Shown here one piece after another: positions 47,632-56,675 of a stretch of 64,000 nucleotides of DNA. Positions within the stretch are counted from its first letter, which is position 1. Every line of letters starts with the position of its first letter. Where the stretch lies: the NCBI GenBank assembly GCA_016187025.1, contig JACPKM010000001.1, positions 107,188-171,187 of the forward strand. The letters are read 5' to 3'. The position numbers and the translations under genes were made by a program. Below the pieces are notes generated by a model, which made no database searches, was not told the origin of the DNA, and saw only the letters and a program-made list of their open reading frames with translations. Source of the stretch: Candidatus Daviesbacteria bacterium. GTDB taxonomy: Bacteria; Patescibacteriota; Microgenomatia; Daviesbacterales; UBA10151.

Positions 47632-48129
47632 ATGGAAACGAGCACAGAGTCTACAAGTCCAGAAAAAGCAAGGAGACCAATTGCTTTGGCTATACATGGT
47701 ACTTCAAGCAGGCGAGCAGAACAGTTGATCGAGGAGGGTTTTGACCCAAAGAAGAGTACTAATCTTGCCGGGCGTATGGAAGCTTTTTACTACAGATTTC
47801 ATCCCAAAACTATCCCCCCTGAACCATACATAGAGAGTTCCTGGGAAAGAGCTTCTCTCGCTGTTGATAAAGACAGAGCGACGGGTGTGGATTCAAAGCC
47901 AGTTCTTATCGTATTTGAACCACCACCAGCTATATCGATTCTTGGGAGAGTGATTATGAAAAATCCTTTTTCTAAAACACCTCAGGAGGGAAGCTTCAGG
48001 AAGCGATATAGAGCAAGAATCCTAGCAGTTATTCCACTACCTCACCTTGGTTCTGAACAATTCAAAAGACCGGAAGAACGGGCGAGGGTTATTAGCGACT
48101 TACAAAACAGAATTTTAGCTCATAAGTAG
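47632..48129 (+). CDS. hypothetical protein
   Basis: ORF. Confidence 0.45.
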   Translation: METSTESTSPEKARRPIALAIHGTSSRRAEQLIEEGFDPKKSTNLAGRMEAFYYRFHPKTIPPEPYIESSWERASLAVDKDRATGVDSKPVLIVFEPPPAISILGRVIMKNPFSKTPQEGSFRKRYRARILAVIPLPHLGSEQFKRPEERARVISDLQNRILAHK

Positions 48130-48131
48130 AT

Positions 48132-48701
48132 TTATTTACCCAGTGTAATCTTTAATAGGTATTCCCTGTTGCCTTTTCCACCAGAACCCAAAACTGGAGA
48201 TTCCATTTCACCTTCCATTTTAAATCCTAAACCTTGGATTTTTTTGACTACTTCATCCTTAATTTTTTCCACCAGTTCAGGCTTAACCACACCTTTTACC
48301 AAATTATTTTTCTCAGTTTCATAATGAGGTTTTAGCAAAGCTATAATTAATCCATTGGGTTTTAAAAATGTTTTAATAATCGGCAAGACCAGTTCCAGTT
48401 TTGTCCAACTAGCATCAATAGTGATCAGGTCCACGACCTCTGGTAAACTTTCCAAGTAAAGGATATTTGTTCTTTCCATCACCACCACCCTAGGATCATT
48501 TCTTAATTTCCAGGCCAGCTCTCCGTATGCTGTATCAAGTGCATAAACTTTGGCTGCCCCATTTTGCAATAAACAATCTACAAATCCGCCGGTTGAGGAG
48601 CCAACATCCAAAGCTACGCAATTTCCAATTCTCAATTTCCAATTTTCAATTGCGGCTTGTAGCTTATCTCCACCTCTGGATACGAATTTATCGCTGGCCA
48701 T
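48132..48701 (-). CDS. tlyA: TlyA-family rRNA 2'-O-methyltransferase (FtsJ-like, no S4 domain)
   Basis: 'ALDVGSSTGGFVDCLLQNGAAKVYALDTAYGELAWKLRNDPRV'. Confidence 0.75.
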   Translation of the reverse strand: MASDKFVSRGGDKLQAAIENWKLRIGNCVALDVGSSTGGFVDCLLQNGAAKVYALDTAYGELAWKLRNDPRVVVMERTNILYLESLPEVVDLITIDASWTKLELVLPIIKTFLKPNGLIIALLKPHYETEKNNLVKGVVKPELVEKIKDEVVKKIQGLGFKMEGEMESPVLGSGGKGNREYLLKITLGK

Positions 48702-49095
48702 ACATCTTTAGGGCTTTTTTAAAAAGTTCTTTATCCTGAGAAAAAGAAAGCTTCTTTAAAGCATCTTCAGATTCAAACCAACCAATATCCGACACTTCCC
48801 AGTCATGATCCGCAATATCACCACTTTGATATTTCATTAAAAAATAGGTGACAACTTTAAATATTTTTTCTCCATTAAGAGTATATACATATTTTGAATA
48901 TCCTACTTTATCAACTATTTCAGTTATAACCCCACCTTCTTCCCTCACTTCTCTTAAAGCTGCCTCCTTGCTTGGCTCACCCTGATCAATCCAGCCCTTG
49001 GGGAAACTCCAGTGCTTGTTTTGGGAATGTTGAGTCACCAGCACCTGGCCTTTATCATTAAAAACTATTCCACCAGCACTAAATTCCCTTTTCAT
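48688..49095 (-). CDS. NUDIX hydrolase
   Basis: Nudix box 'GWIDQGEPSKEAALREVREEGGV'. Confidence 0.8.
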   Translation of the reverse strand: MKREFSAGGIVFNDKGQVLVTQHSQNKHWSFPKGWIDQGEPSKEAALREVREEGGVITEIVDKVGYSKYVYTLNGEKIFKVVTYFLMKYQSGDIADHDWEVSDIGWFESEDALKKLSFSQDKELFKKALKMYGQR

Positions 49096-49364
49096 CGGCG
49101 ATAAATATCCTTCCTATGACCAATATCTAAAATCATAATTATATTCGCTTCTGCTTCTTCAACCATATCAAAAACCACCCTGTAATTGCCTATGCGAAAA
49201 CGGTAGGTGCCGATCTTGAGATTAGTTAAAGGTTCTGCATATAAAAGAGGATCTGAGGATTGTACAAAAAATTCTAATTTGTGAATTATTCTGATTTGGA
49301 TATTTTTAGGTAGTTTAGATAATTTTTTATCTGCTGTTGCTTTAAACCTAACCTTAAACATCAA
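49092..49364 (-). CDS. RelE/ParE-family toxin
   Basis: 90-aa protein; overlaps the upstream antitoxin; 'YRFRIGNYRVVFDM' typical. Confidence 0.65.
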   Translation of the reverse strand: MMFKVRFKATADKKLSKLPKNIQIRIIHKLEFFVQSSDPLLYAEPLTNLKIGTYRFRIGNYRVVFDMVEEAEANIIMILDIGHRKDIYRR

Positions 49365-49639
49365 AGACCAAGTCTTTCCTTAACTTCCTCCATGCCATAA
49401 GTAACCTTATCAGCTCTTGATTTGGCTATTCTTTTAAGATAACTTTCAGAAGCAAGCGCTTCTAAATCCTCTAAAAATGATTCCCAAACACGATTAGGCA
49501 CAAGTACCCCCACAGGCTCATTATTCCGCATCACCCTGACAAATTTACCGTCTTTTTCAGCTTTTTTTAAAATCTTGGTGACACCGGCTTGAACCTTTTG
49601 TACGCTGGCGAAGTCTTCATTAGCAATTAATTGTGTCAT
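49361..49639 (-). CDS. Phd/YefM-like antitoxin
   Basis: Start set at MTQLIANEDF, because the longer ORF would run into tRNA-Arg; palindrome TTGTGT..ACACAA spans the start (operator-like). Confidence 0.55.
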   Translation of the reverse strand: MTQLIANEDFASVQKVQAGVTKILKKAEKDGKFVRVMRNNEPVGVLVPNRVWESFLEDLEALASESYLKRIAKSRADKVTYGMEEVKERLGL

Positions 49640-49675
49640 ATAATAATTATTACACAATCCTAACAGGCTGTCAAG

Positions 49676-49747
49676 CACCCTCGGCGGGAATCGAACCCAC
49701 ATATCAGGATCCGGAATCCTGTGGTCTATCCGTTAGCCTACAAGGGC
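49676..49747 (-). tRNA. tRNA-Arg(CCG)
   Basis: Minus strand GCCCTTG-TA-GGCT-AACGGATA-GACC-A-CAGGA-TTCCGGA-TCCTG-ATATG-GTGGG-TTCGATT-CCCGC-CGAGGGT-G. Confidence 0.7.
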
Positions 49748-49869
49748 ATAAAGGTATTCTAAACTAAGTATTAGCTTTAAACAAATACAAGATTTAAAAC
49801 CTTGGAATCCCAAAGGTGGGACTTGCAAAAAGATCCACAAAGTGGTATTACTATAAAATAGGTATTACT

Positions 49870-50163
49870 ATGCAGACGCAACCTACTACCATTACCCAAA
49901 AAGGGCAAGTTACAATTCCTGCTCCTATTAGACGGGCTCTAGGACTAAACAAAGGTGATCAGGTTAAATTTACCATCACCAAGAAAAAGATAGTTCAATT
50001 AAAACCAGCTAAAAAATTCTCCATTATGTCCCTTTATGGCTCGCTAAAACCAAGGGTCAGACCAAACCTTTCCGGGCAAGACTTAATTAAATGGGAGAAG
50101 CAAGCCTGGCCGGAGGCATCTGCTGAAAAAGACCGCAAGATTTTGGAATCAGCAAAGAGATGA
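49870..50163 (+). CDS. AbrB/MazE/SpoVT-type antitoxin (VapB-like)
   Basis: 'TITQKGQVTIPAPIRRALGLNKGDQVKFTI' swapped-hairpin motif. Confidence 0.65.
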   Translation: MQTQPTTITQKGQVTIPAPIRRALGLNKGDQVKFTITKKKIVQLKPAKKFSIMSLYGSLKPRVRPNLSGQDLIKWEKQAWPEASAEKDRKILESAKR

Positions 50164-50561
50164 TTCTAGTAGATACAAATATTATTCTGCGTCTTATCTT
50201 GAACGATAGTCCTATTTTATCCCCTAAAGCGCGAATAATCTTTGACAAAATTACTAAGAATAAGGCTAAAATTTTTATTAGTTTACTAACGATTTCTGAA
50301 ACAATCTTCACACTGGAAAGGTCTTATAAAATCCCCAAGGTCGAAATTGTTAAAAGTTTATCCCAAATATTTAAATTAACCAACCTGACAGTAGAAAAAC
50401 AAACATTAGTAGAACGAACATTTGCCTATTACATAGAAAAAAATATTAGTTTTCCAGATGCATATCACGTTGCCCTAATGCAGAAGAAAAAGATTAAACA
50501 AATTTATTCTTTTGATGAAGATTTTGATAAATTTCCCCAGATTCAAAGATTGGAAATTTGA
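50160..50561 (+). CDS. vapC: PIN-domain toxin (VapC-like)
   Basis: 'MILVDTNIILR' N-terminal acidic motif; overlaps the antitoxin stop. Confidence 0.7.
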   Translation: MILVDTNIILRLILNDSPILSPKARIIFDKITKNKAKIFISLLTISETIFTLERSYKIPKVEIVKSLSQIFKLTNLTVEKQTLVERTFAYYIEKNISFPDAYHVALMQKKKIKQIYSFDEDFDKFPQIQRLEI

Positions 50562-50572
50562 ATTCCGAATTT

Positions 50573-50663
50573 TGGCGGAGGAGGTGAGATTCGAACTCAC
50601 GGTAGCCTTACGGCCACAGCCGCTTTCGAGGCGGCCCCGTTACAACCACTTCGGTACTCCTCC
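50573..50663 (-). tRNA. tRNA-Ser(CGA)
   Basis: Minus strand GGAGGAG-TA-CCG-AAGTGGTTGTAA-CGG-G-GCCGC-CTCGAAA-GCGGC-long var-GTGAG-TTCGAAT-CTCAC-CTCCTCC-G-CCA. Confidence 0.85.
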
Positions 50664-50666
50664 AAA

Positions 50667-50731
50667 TGCGCGCCTGGAGGGATTCGAACCCCCGACCTCA
50701 ACGTCCGCAACGTCGCGCTCTATCCCCTGAG
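50667..50731 (-). tRNA. tRNA-Arg (anticodon read as GCG)
   Basis: Minus strand GCGCTTG-TA-GCTC-AGGGGATA-GAGC-G-CGACG-TTGCGGA-CGTTG-AGGTC-GGGGG-TTCGAAT-CCCTC-CAGGCGC-G. Confidence 0.65.
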
Positions 50732-50791
50732 CTACAAGCGCATTCAGGCTAAATTTTACCTTAAAGAGAAGTTAAAAACCACTTAAGAAAG

Positions 50792-51391
50792 TTAGCGGGG
50801 GATATTTTCCAGAGGAAAATGTTTTTGCAGTCCTTCTACCCATTTATCAAAAAGAGTTTTATGAGGTATCTCGTGGTACGGTAAAAACCTGGCAATTATC
50901 CTTTTTACCTCTTCTTCGCTAACATCTTGACCCAAAACCAACATTAGCTGAGCCGGAAATCTTAAAGCTGTTTGGATGATTAATATATCACTGCCTTCTT
51001 TCTTCTTAAACCAGAATGAGTCAAGGTAGTGCCAAAAATAGAAATCTTCTCCAATCACTATACCCTGGGTAGATACTCTATAAACTACATTATTGGGTGG
51101 AACCAGAGCCAGCACATAACTTACAAACATTAAAGACAAAAGCACCCCGATGAGTAAAAACTCTTTCATCAAAAGGACAATAAGGATAAACAGAACTACA
51201 ATTGTGGCAATGGTTGTAAAATATGATCTATCTCTTTTTCTAAAAGGCCTTGAGGGTGCTTCCCAGGAAAGCAATGTTTTAATCTCTCCCGCTTCTGACA
51301 TTTTAGGGTGAAAATACCCATCTTCAAGATGTTCTGGTAGCAGCTTTTCCTCTTTTTGCAGTTCTTGGGTTAGTTTTTGATCCTCAGGCAT
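50792..51391 (-). CDS. membrane protein of unknown function
   Basis: Two central TM helices in a 199-aa ORF. Confidence 0.5.
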   Translation of the reverse strand: MPEDQKLTQELQKEEKLLPEHLEDGYFHPKMSEAGEIKTLLSWEAPSRPFRKRDRSYFTTIATIVVLFILIVLLMKEFLLIGVLLSLMFVSYVLALVPPNNVVYRVSTQGIVIGEDFYFWHYLDSFWFKKKEGSDILIIQTALRFPAQLMLVLGQDVSEEEVKRIIARFLPYHEIPHKTLFDKWVEGLQKHFPLENIPR

Positions 51392-51463
51392 TACTTTTAA
51401 GTTTAAACTTAAAAACAGGTAGTGTAAAGACGCAGGCTAAAAATATTATGATATTATTTAGCT

Positions 51464-52312
51464 GTGAAACATAACTTTTCTGCCAAAGACCGTAATGATA
51501 TAAATTATCAGGAAATTAAAACTTGGCAAAAAATACTCCAGCTTCAAAAGCTTTGTGATCTATCGACTCCTCCTAAAAATCTGTATTTTCAAGGCAGATG
51601 GAACCCAAATATCTTTGAAAATTGTGTAGCTATTGTTGGCAGCCGGAAAATGACAGATTATGGGCAGCAGACTATAGAAAAAATTATTCCCCAGCTTATC
51701 CAGCAGGGAAAAACCGTTGTTTCCGGTTTTATGTATGGGGTTGATAAGTATGCCCACAAAATATGCATTGATAGCGGAGGCACCACTATTGCTGTTTTAG
51801 GATGGGGAATAAATAAAAAATTAGATGGGGAAGATTCGAGGTTGGCAAATAAGATTATAAATGGTGGCGGAATCCTGCTTTCTGAATGGGAATCCCAACA
51901 GCCAACTCATTGGACTTTCCCGGCAAGAAACCGGATCGTGGCAGCTTTGGCACAAGAAGTGATTGTTGTCGAAGCAGTAGAGAAAAGTGGTTCTCTAATT
52001 ACAGCCAGAATTGCAAGCAGGCTTAAAAGGACACTCTGGGCAGTTCCCGGACCAATTACCAGCCGGACTTCAGTAGGGACAAATAATTTGATCGCATCTG
52101 GCAAAGCTAAGGTTTGGTTGGGAACGTTCCAAACTCACCCTGAGCAAAGCAACGACCCTATCTTACAGATTCTTGAAATGCAGGCTTTAACCGCTGATGA
52201 GCTTGCCAGAAAACTAGACTTACCCATCTCGGATGTGGGAGCAAAACTTTCAATGTTTCTACTATCTGGTCAAGTTACAGAAAAAGGCGGAAAATATTAT
52301 CATGCTAGTTAA
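51464..52312 (+). CDS. dprA: DNA-processing protein DprA (Smf)
   Basis: 'VAIVGSRKMTDYG...VVSGFMYGVDKYAH...GTTIAVLGWGI' Rossmann-like DprA domain. Confidence 0.85.
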   Translation: MKHNFSAKDRNDINYQEIKTWQKILQLQKLCDLSTPPKNLYFQGRWNPNIFENCVAIVGSRKMTDYGQQTIEKIIPQLIQQGKTVVSGFMYGVDKYAHKICIDSGGTTIAVLGWGINKKLDGEDSRLANKIINGGGILLSEWESQQPTHWTFPARNRIVAALAQEVIVVEAVEKSGSLITARIASRLKRTLWAVPGPITSRTSVGTNNLIASGKAKVWLGTFQTHPEQSNDPILQILEMQALTADELARKLDLPISDVGAKLSMFLLSGQVTEKGGKYYHAS

Positions 52313-53849
52313 AATCCGCTCAATTGCCAATATTGGCCTTGAAACCGTACCTGTGGACGTAGAAGTCGATGTAGCCTCGGCTGGGTTTCCGGGATTTACA
52401 ATTGTAGGTTTGGCAAGTAAGGCAGTTGAAGAAGCACGCGAAAGAGTAAAAACAGCAATTATTAACTCAAAACTGGATTTTCCTCCCAAAAAAATCACTG
52501 TTAACCTTGCACCTGCTGACCTTCCCAAAGATGGTGCAGCTTATGATTTACCCATTGCTGTAGGAGTCCTTCTGGCTAGCGGACAGCTAAACTTATCTGA
52601 TGGTTTTGACTCAAAAACATTTTTTTATGGGGAATTATCACTTGACGGAGCACTCCGGCAGACCCGCGGAATTTTGCTTTTAGCGCTTTTTGCCCAGAGA
52701 GTTGATCCCGAATCTACCATCTTTGTCCCACAGCGTTGCGCTCCTGAGGCCAGTGTAGTAAGCGGGATTAAAGTAATGGCGCTAACTTCTCTGTCTCAAC
52801 TGGTTAAACACCTATCTACCCAAGAAAAAATAATGCCATTACAAGCCTCAATACCTCAAGACAATTTTGATTCTCCAGTTGTGGAATTTGACCTTGCGGA
52901 GATTGCCGGCCAGGAACAGGCAAAAAGGGCCTTAATAATTGCTGCAGCTGGCGGCCATAATCTGCTAATGTGGGGGCCTCCTGGTACTGGTAAAACAATG
53001 TTGTCACGGGCCTTACCAGGTATTTTACCTTCATTAACACTTGCTGAAGCATTGGAGGTAACCAGGATATATTCAGTATCTGGCCTTCTGGCATCGGGCC
53101 AAGCTTTGATTTTCACACGGCCATTCAGATCCCCTCATCATGGAATTTCAAATGCAGGAATGGTAGGAGGTGGCAGCAACCCTTTACCCGGTGAGGTCAG
53201 TTTGGCTCATTTAGGGGTGTTGTTTTTGGATGAAATGCCGGAATTTCCAAGGAGCATAATCGAAAGCTTAAGACAACCTATGGAGGATGGAACAGTAGAA
53301 ATTGTGCGGGCTGCCGGGCATGTCAAATACCCTGCCAGCTTTACCCTCATTGCTGCTATAAATCCATGTCCTTGTGGGTACTTGGGTCATCCAAAAAGGG
53401 AGTGTAAATGCTCTGATAAGCAGATTACCAAATACAGGCAACGTATTTCAGGTCCTATTTTGGATAGAATCGACCTTTTTGCTCCGGTTAGCGCCATAGA
53501 GACAGAGAAGTTGTCGGTTACCTCCCAAAACATTACCAATAGAATCTCTTCTAAAGAAGCCAGGATACAGGTAGCTAAAACGCGCCGGATTCAAAAGAAG
53601 CGGTTCCAGGATGAAAAGCGCAGTCTGTATACTAACTCCCAAATGCACAACCGCGATGTGAAGAAATATTGTTTTTTAACACCTGAGGCAGAAAACCTTT
53701 TAAAACTAGCTGCTGATAAATTTTACTTTTCTGCCCGCAGCTATTTCCGTCTTATCAAAGTAGCAAGAACAATTGCAGACCTGGCAGAATGCAAACAAAT
53801 CCTACCTGCCCACATGGCAGAAGCTCTTCAATACAGGCAAACAATATGA
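52302..53849 (+). CDS. comM: YifB/ComM-family Mg-chelatase-like AAA+ ATPase
   Basis: N-terminal Lon-like domain, Walker A 'GPPGTGKT', 'GVLFLDEMPEF'. Confidence 0.85.
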   Translation: MLVKIRSIANIGLETVPVDVEVDVASAGFPGFTIVGLASKAVEEARERVKTAIINSKLDFPPKKITVNLAPADLPKDGAAYDLPIAVGVLLASGQLNLSDGFDSKTFFYGELSLDGALRQTRGILLLALFAQRVDPESTIFVPQRCAPEASVVSGIKVMALTSLSQLVKHLSTQEKIMPLQASIPQDNFDSPVVEFDLAEIAGQEQAKRALIIAAAGGHNLLMWGPPGTGKTMLSRALPGILPSLTLAEALEVTRIYSVSGLLASGQALIFTRPFRSPHHGISNAGMVGGGSNPLPGEVSLAHLGVLFLDEMPEFPRSIIESLRQPMEDGTVEIVRAAGHVKYPASFTLIAAINPCPCGYLGHPKRECKCSDKQITKYRQRISGPILDRIDLFAPVSAIETEKLSVTSQNITNRISSKEARIQVAKTRRIQKKRFQDEKRSLYTNSQMHNRDVKKYCFLTPEAENLLKLAADKFYFSARSYFRLIKVARTIADLAECKQILPAHMAEALQYRQTI

Positions 53850-54202
53850 CCAGAGACACCAGGCAAACGGGGATCTTGGCAGAAACTCTAGCTACTAAAG
53901 CCTTAATAGAAAAAGGCTTCCGGATTCTGGAAAATAACTTCAGCAACCGCTTTGGAGAGATTGACATTATTGCCAAGGATAAGGGTATTTTAGTGTTTGT
54001 GGAGGTCAAGGCTAAAAAGGGGTTGGAATTTGGAACCCCTGAGGAAATGATTACTCCTTCCAAACTAAAAAGGGTTAAAAACATGGCCACAGTTTATATG
54101 AAAGGACAAATAGTGCCCTGCAGAATTGATGTGATAACGGTTATTTTATCTTCACAAGGCAAGCTCATCCGCCTAACACACTATGAAAATGTTTACATAT
54201 AA
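53846..54202 (+). CDS. yraN: YraN-family (UPF0102) endonuclease
   Basis: 'AETLATKALIEKGFRILENNFSNRFGEIDIIAKDKGILVFVEVKAKK'. Confidence 0.8.
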   Translation: MTRDTRQTGILAETLATKALIEKGFRILENNFSNRFGEIDIIAKDKGILVFVEVKAKKGLEFGTPEEMITPSKLKRVKNMATVYMKGQIVPCRIDVITVILSSQGKLIRLTHYENVYI

Positions 54203-54234
54203 ACAAAACTTGAACACACGGTTATGAAAAAGAG

Positions 54235-54321
54235 CGGAGAGGGTGAGATTCGAACTCACGGACCCCTTGCAGGGTCAGCGGTTTTCAAGACCGCCGCACT
54301 AGACCGCTATGCGACCTCTCC
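54235..54321 (-). tRNA. tRNA-Ser(TGA)
   Basis: Minus strand GGAGAGG-TC-GCA-TAGCGGTCTAG-TGC-G-GCGGT-CTTGAAA-ACCGC-long var-GTGAG-TTCGAAT-CTCAC-CCTCTCC-G. Confidence 0.85.
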
Positions 54322-54363
54322 TTACTTTACACTGAGCTTGTCGTACTGAGCAAAGTCGAAGTG

Positions 54364-54450
54364 CGGAGGAGGTGGGATTCGAACCCACGATACCCTTACG
54401 GGTATAGCGCATTAGCACTGCGCGGCACTCGGCCTCTATGCGACTCCTCC
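54364..54450 (-). tRNA. tRNA-Ser(GCT)
   Basis: Minus strand GGAGGAG-TC-GCA-TAGAGGCCGAG-TGC-C-GCGCA-GTGCTAA-TGCGC-long var-GTGGG-TTCGAAT-CCCAC-CTCCTCC-G. Confidence 0.85.
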
Positions 54451-55425
54451 CAATATTTTCTTTACCGACGGTTTATAGTTTCTAGTTCCTATCTCCTGCA
54501 AATATCTTCTAACTTCTTGCTGATTATGCAACCATACCCCATATTTAAAAGTCCTTTTAGGATTAAAGCCTACCTGTCTTAATCCCTGATACATAAATTG
54601 CAAGATCGGCTCAGACCTGTTAGAAAAAGCGAGTTTCGGATAAGCATACACTTTATTGTTTACCCTATATTTATGTATGGTAAAACATCCATCAGTATCT
54701 ACCAATCCCCTAATACAAGCTCTTATATACCCTTCTTTAGCCCAAATCCACTTAGGTACCTCAACTTGTGACAGTATTTTATTTCCTAAAGATAAACCTT
54801 TAGAGTTTAGATATTCTACCAAATTAATCCCACCAATACTAACTTGCCATACATGGTCTTTTCTGGATTTATAAATACTTGGTCTAGAATCAAATAATTT
54901 CTCTATTAAGTTCTGAACATACATAGCGAATTCTTGATCTGTGTCACTATTCAAATAAATTACACACTGATAACGAGTCAACCCTCCATCCCCAAGAATA
55001 ATGCCAAATAATTCCGCTAAATCCTCTGATTCTTCAGGAATCTTAAAAATTTTAACATACTTTTTCCAAAGTTCTGGATTTTCCCGTCTTTTGAGCCAGG
55101 ATATCTTACCTCCTTTACTTCTAGATTTTCTATTCCCTAATAAACCATATAGTTCGTAGGTTCTTTTACCACCTAATTTGGCTGCAATTTTGTTATGCCA
55201 AAATTGAGGCAAGGTTTTATAAGCAGGCAAGGGTATTTGAGATAATTTACTGCATTTTACTAAAACTTCTTTCTGTGGATTAAACTTCTCTCTTTTCCAA
55301 TCTCTCAAGGTCCTTCCGGATATTCCTACTAATTCAGCAAGCTGATTTGTATTTAGATTAAGTTTTATTTGAACTTGAGTAATAAAAGCCCTTAATTCAT
55401 CCTCCTTAAATAATAATTTATCCAT
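54436..55425 (-). CDS. free-standing LAGLIDADG-family homing-endonuclease-like protein with N-terminal HTH
   Basis: Two LAGLIDADG motifs, 'LAELFGIILGDGGL' and 'IRGLVDTDGCF'; N-terminal 'LAELVGISGRTLRDW' HTH; stop lies 12 nt from tRNA-Ser. Confidence 0.75.
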   Translation of the reverse strand: MDKLLFKEDELRAFITQVQIKLNLNTNQLAELVGISGRTLRDWKREKFNPQKEVLVKCSKLSQIPLPAYKTLPQFWHNKIAAKLGGKRTYELYGLLGNRKSRSKGGKISWLKRRENPELWKKYVKIFKIPEESEDLAELFGIILGDGGLTRYQCVIYLNSDTDQEFAMYVQNLIEKLFDSRPSIYKSRKDHVWQVSIGGINLVEYLNSKGLSLGNKILSQVEVPKWIWAKEGYIRACIRGLVDTDGCFTIHKYRVNNKVYAYPKLAFSNRSEPILQFMYQGLRQVGFNPKRTFKYGVWLHNQQEVRRYLQEIGTRNYKPSVKKILGGVA

Positions 55426-55499
55426 AAATTAACAGTAGCATATCTCCAAAGAGGATACAATAGATCCTTCGCTAATCACTCAGGATGACAAAAAAGCAG

Positions 55500-56198
55500 C
55501 TATCTTGCCAAAGTAATTGCCCAGACTTTTTTGGCACCGGCACTTTTTAAAACATAACAGCATTCTTTTAGGGTTGAGCCTGTGGTCCAGACATCATCAA
55601 TTAATAAAACATTTGTACTGCGTACTAAATAATTAGTACTAAGGGAGAAGGCGTTTTGGATATTTTTCCTTCTATCAAACCTGTTTAGCCTGGTTTGAGA
55701 ACTGGTGTGGCGGACCTTTTTTAAAGCCTCGCAATAATCCAAGCCTAATGTTTGGGACAGTGACTGACTGATTAGTTGTACCTGATTGAATCCTCTAATA
55801 TTTTCCCTATACCAATGCAAAGGCACAGGCACTACTAACCATCCTTTTCCTTTAGTTGTCTTTACCTGGTCCAAAAACATAGGGTTAAACTTGGCCCAAT
55901 ATTCAATTAAAATATAAGCCAAAATATCTGATAATTCTTTTATTCCTTTATATTTTAGAGACTGGATAGCGTTTTTAAGCGGAGCCTTATATATTCCTAA
56001 GCTCCATAATCCATCCAAACCATATTTGCTTTTGCAAACAGGATGCGTTATCCCTCCAACTGAAAACCTGCCGCATTGAGGACAAACTAAATCTGCCTGT
56101 TTAATATTCAAAATACAGCTTGAGCAAAAGTAAGTGTTTGAGGCTTTACAGCTTATACAATGTTTCGGAAAGATGGCATCAAGAATAAACCCAACCAC
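55500..56198 (-). CDS. comF: ComF-family phosphoribosyltransferase-domain protein
   Basis: N-terminal zinc-finger Cys pairs; C-terminal PRTase motif 'VLLIDDVWTTGSTL'. Confidence 0.8.
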   Translation of the reverse strand: MVGFILDAIFPKHCISCKASNTYFCSSCILNIKQADLVCPQCGRFSVGGITHPVCKSKYGLDGLWSLGIYKAPLKNAIQSLKYKGIKELSDILAYILIEYWAKFNPMFLDQVKTTKGKGWLVVPVPLHWYRENIRGFNQVQLISQSLSQTLGLDYCEALKKVRHTSSQTRLNRFDRRKNIQNAFSLSTNYLVRSTNVLLIDDVWTTGSTLKECCYVLKSAGAKKVWAITLAR

Positions 56199-56220
56199 CT
56201 GCTCATTTTAAACAAAAAAT

Positions 56221-56239
56221 CCCGGCTAAAAAAGCCGGG
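56221..56239 (-). terminator. rho-independent terminator hairpin (cccggcTTTTTTagccggg) just downstream of ssrA
   Basis: Perfect 7-bp GC-rich stem with T-run loop/tail. Confidence 0.6.
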
Positions 56240-56245
56240 ATTATC

Positions 56246-56642
56246 TGGTGGAGATGGAGGGTTTTGCACCCTCGTCCAAGAAAACATATTCAAAAACCTC
56301 TACAAGCTTAGCTAGTTAATATTTACTTATTGGTTGTAACCAACCAGCAGGAAAACCAATAAGTGATTGAATTATCTTAAAACCTAAAGGATCAACCAAC
56401 ACCTTTAAAGTAAGCATCCTAACTTTGTATTTACCTTAGCCTTCCGTTAGAAAGAGAAGATTCTAAGATATTGCGTTAAGCAGCAAAAGCGTAGTTTGGT
56501 TGCCCAAAGAGCGCTTGTGAAGCTCTAGCAAAAACGGAATTTGATTTGCCGTTTATGTTTTGAAACCACATTTTTACGGGTTGAGGTTTCCTTCCCGGCT
56601 TGCAGTTTTTAAAGTGCCAACCTGTCGATGCGATACATCCCC
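56246..56642 (-). ncRNA. ssrA: tmRNA (ssrA)
   Basis: 5' GGGGATGTATCGCATCGACAGG (cf. consensus GGGG..GGAUUCGACGGG). 3' tRNA-like GGACGAGGG-TGCAAAA-CCCTC-CATCTCC-ACCA with acceptor pairing to the 5' end. Internal tag frame ends ...QPNYAFAA-TAA. Adjacent to smpB. Confidence 0.85.
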
Positions 56643-56675
56643 AGTGAATAGTATTATACCATAAAGAGGTTCAAA

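Noticed and set aside
49640-49702. Longer N-terminal extension of the Phd-like antitoxin (ORF track start 49702)
   Set aside because: It would overlap tRNA-Arg(CCG) at 49676..49747; the internal Met at 49639 gives a typical ~92-aa antitoxin.
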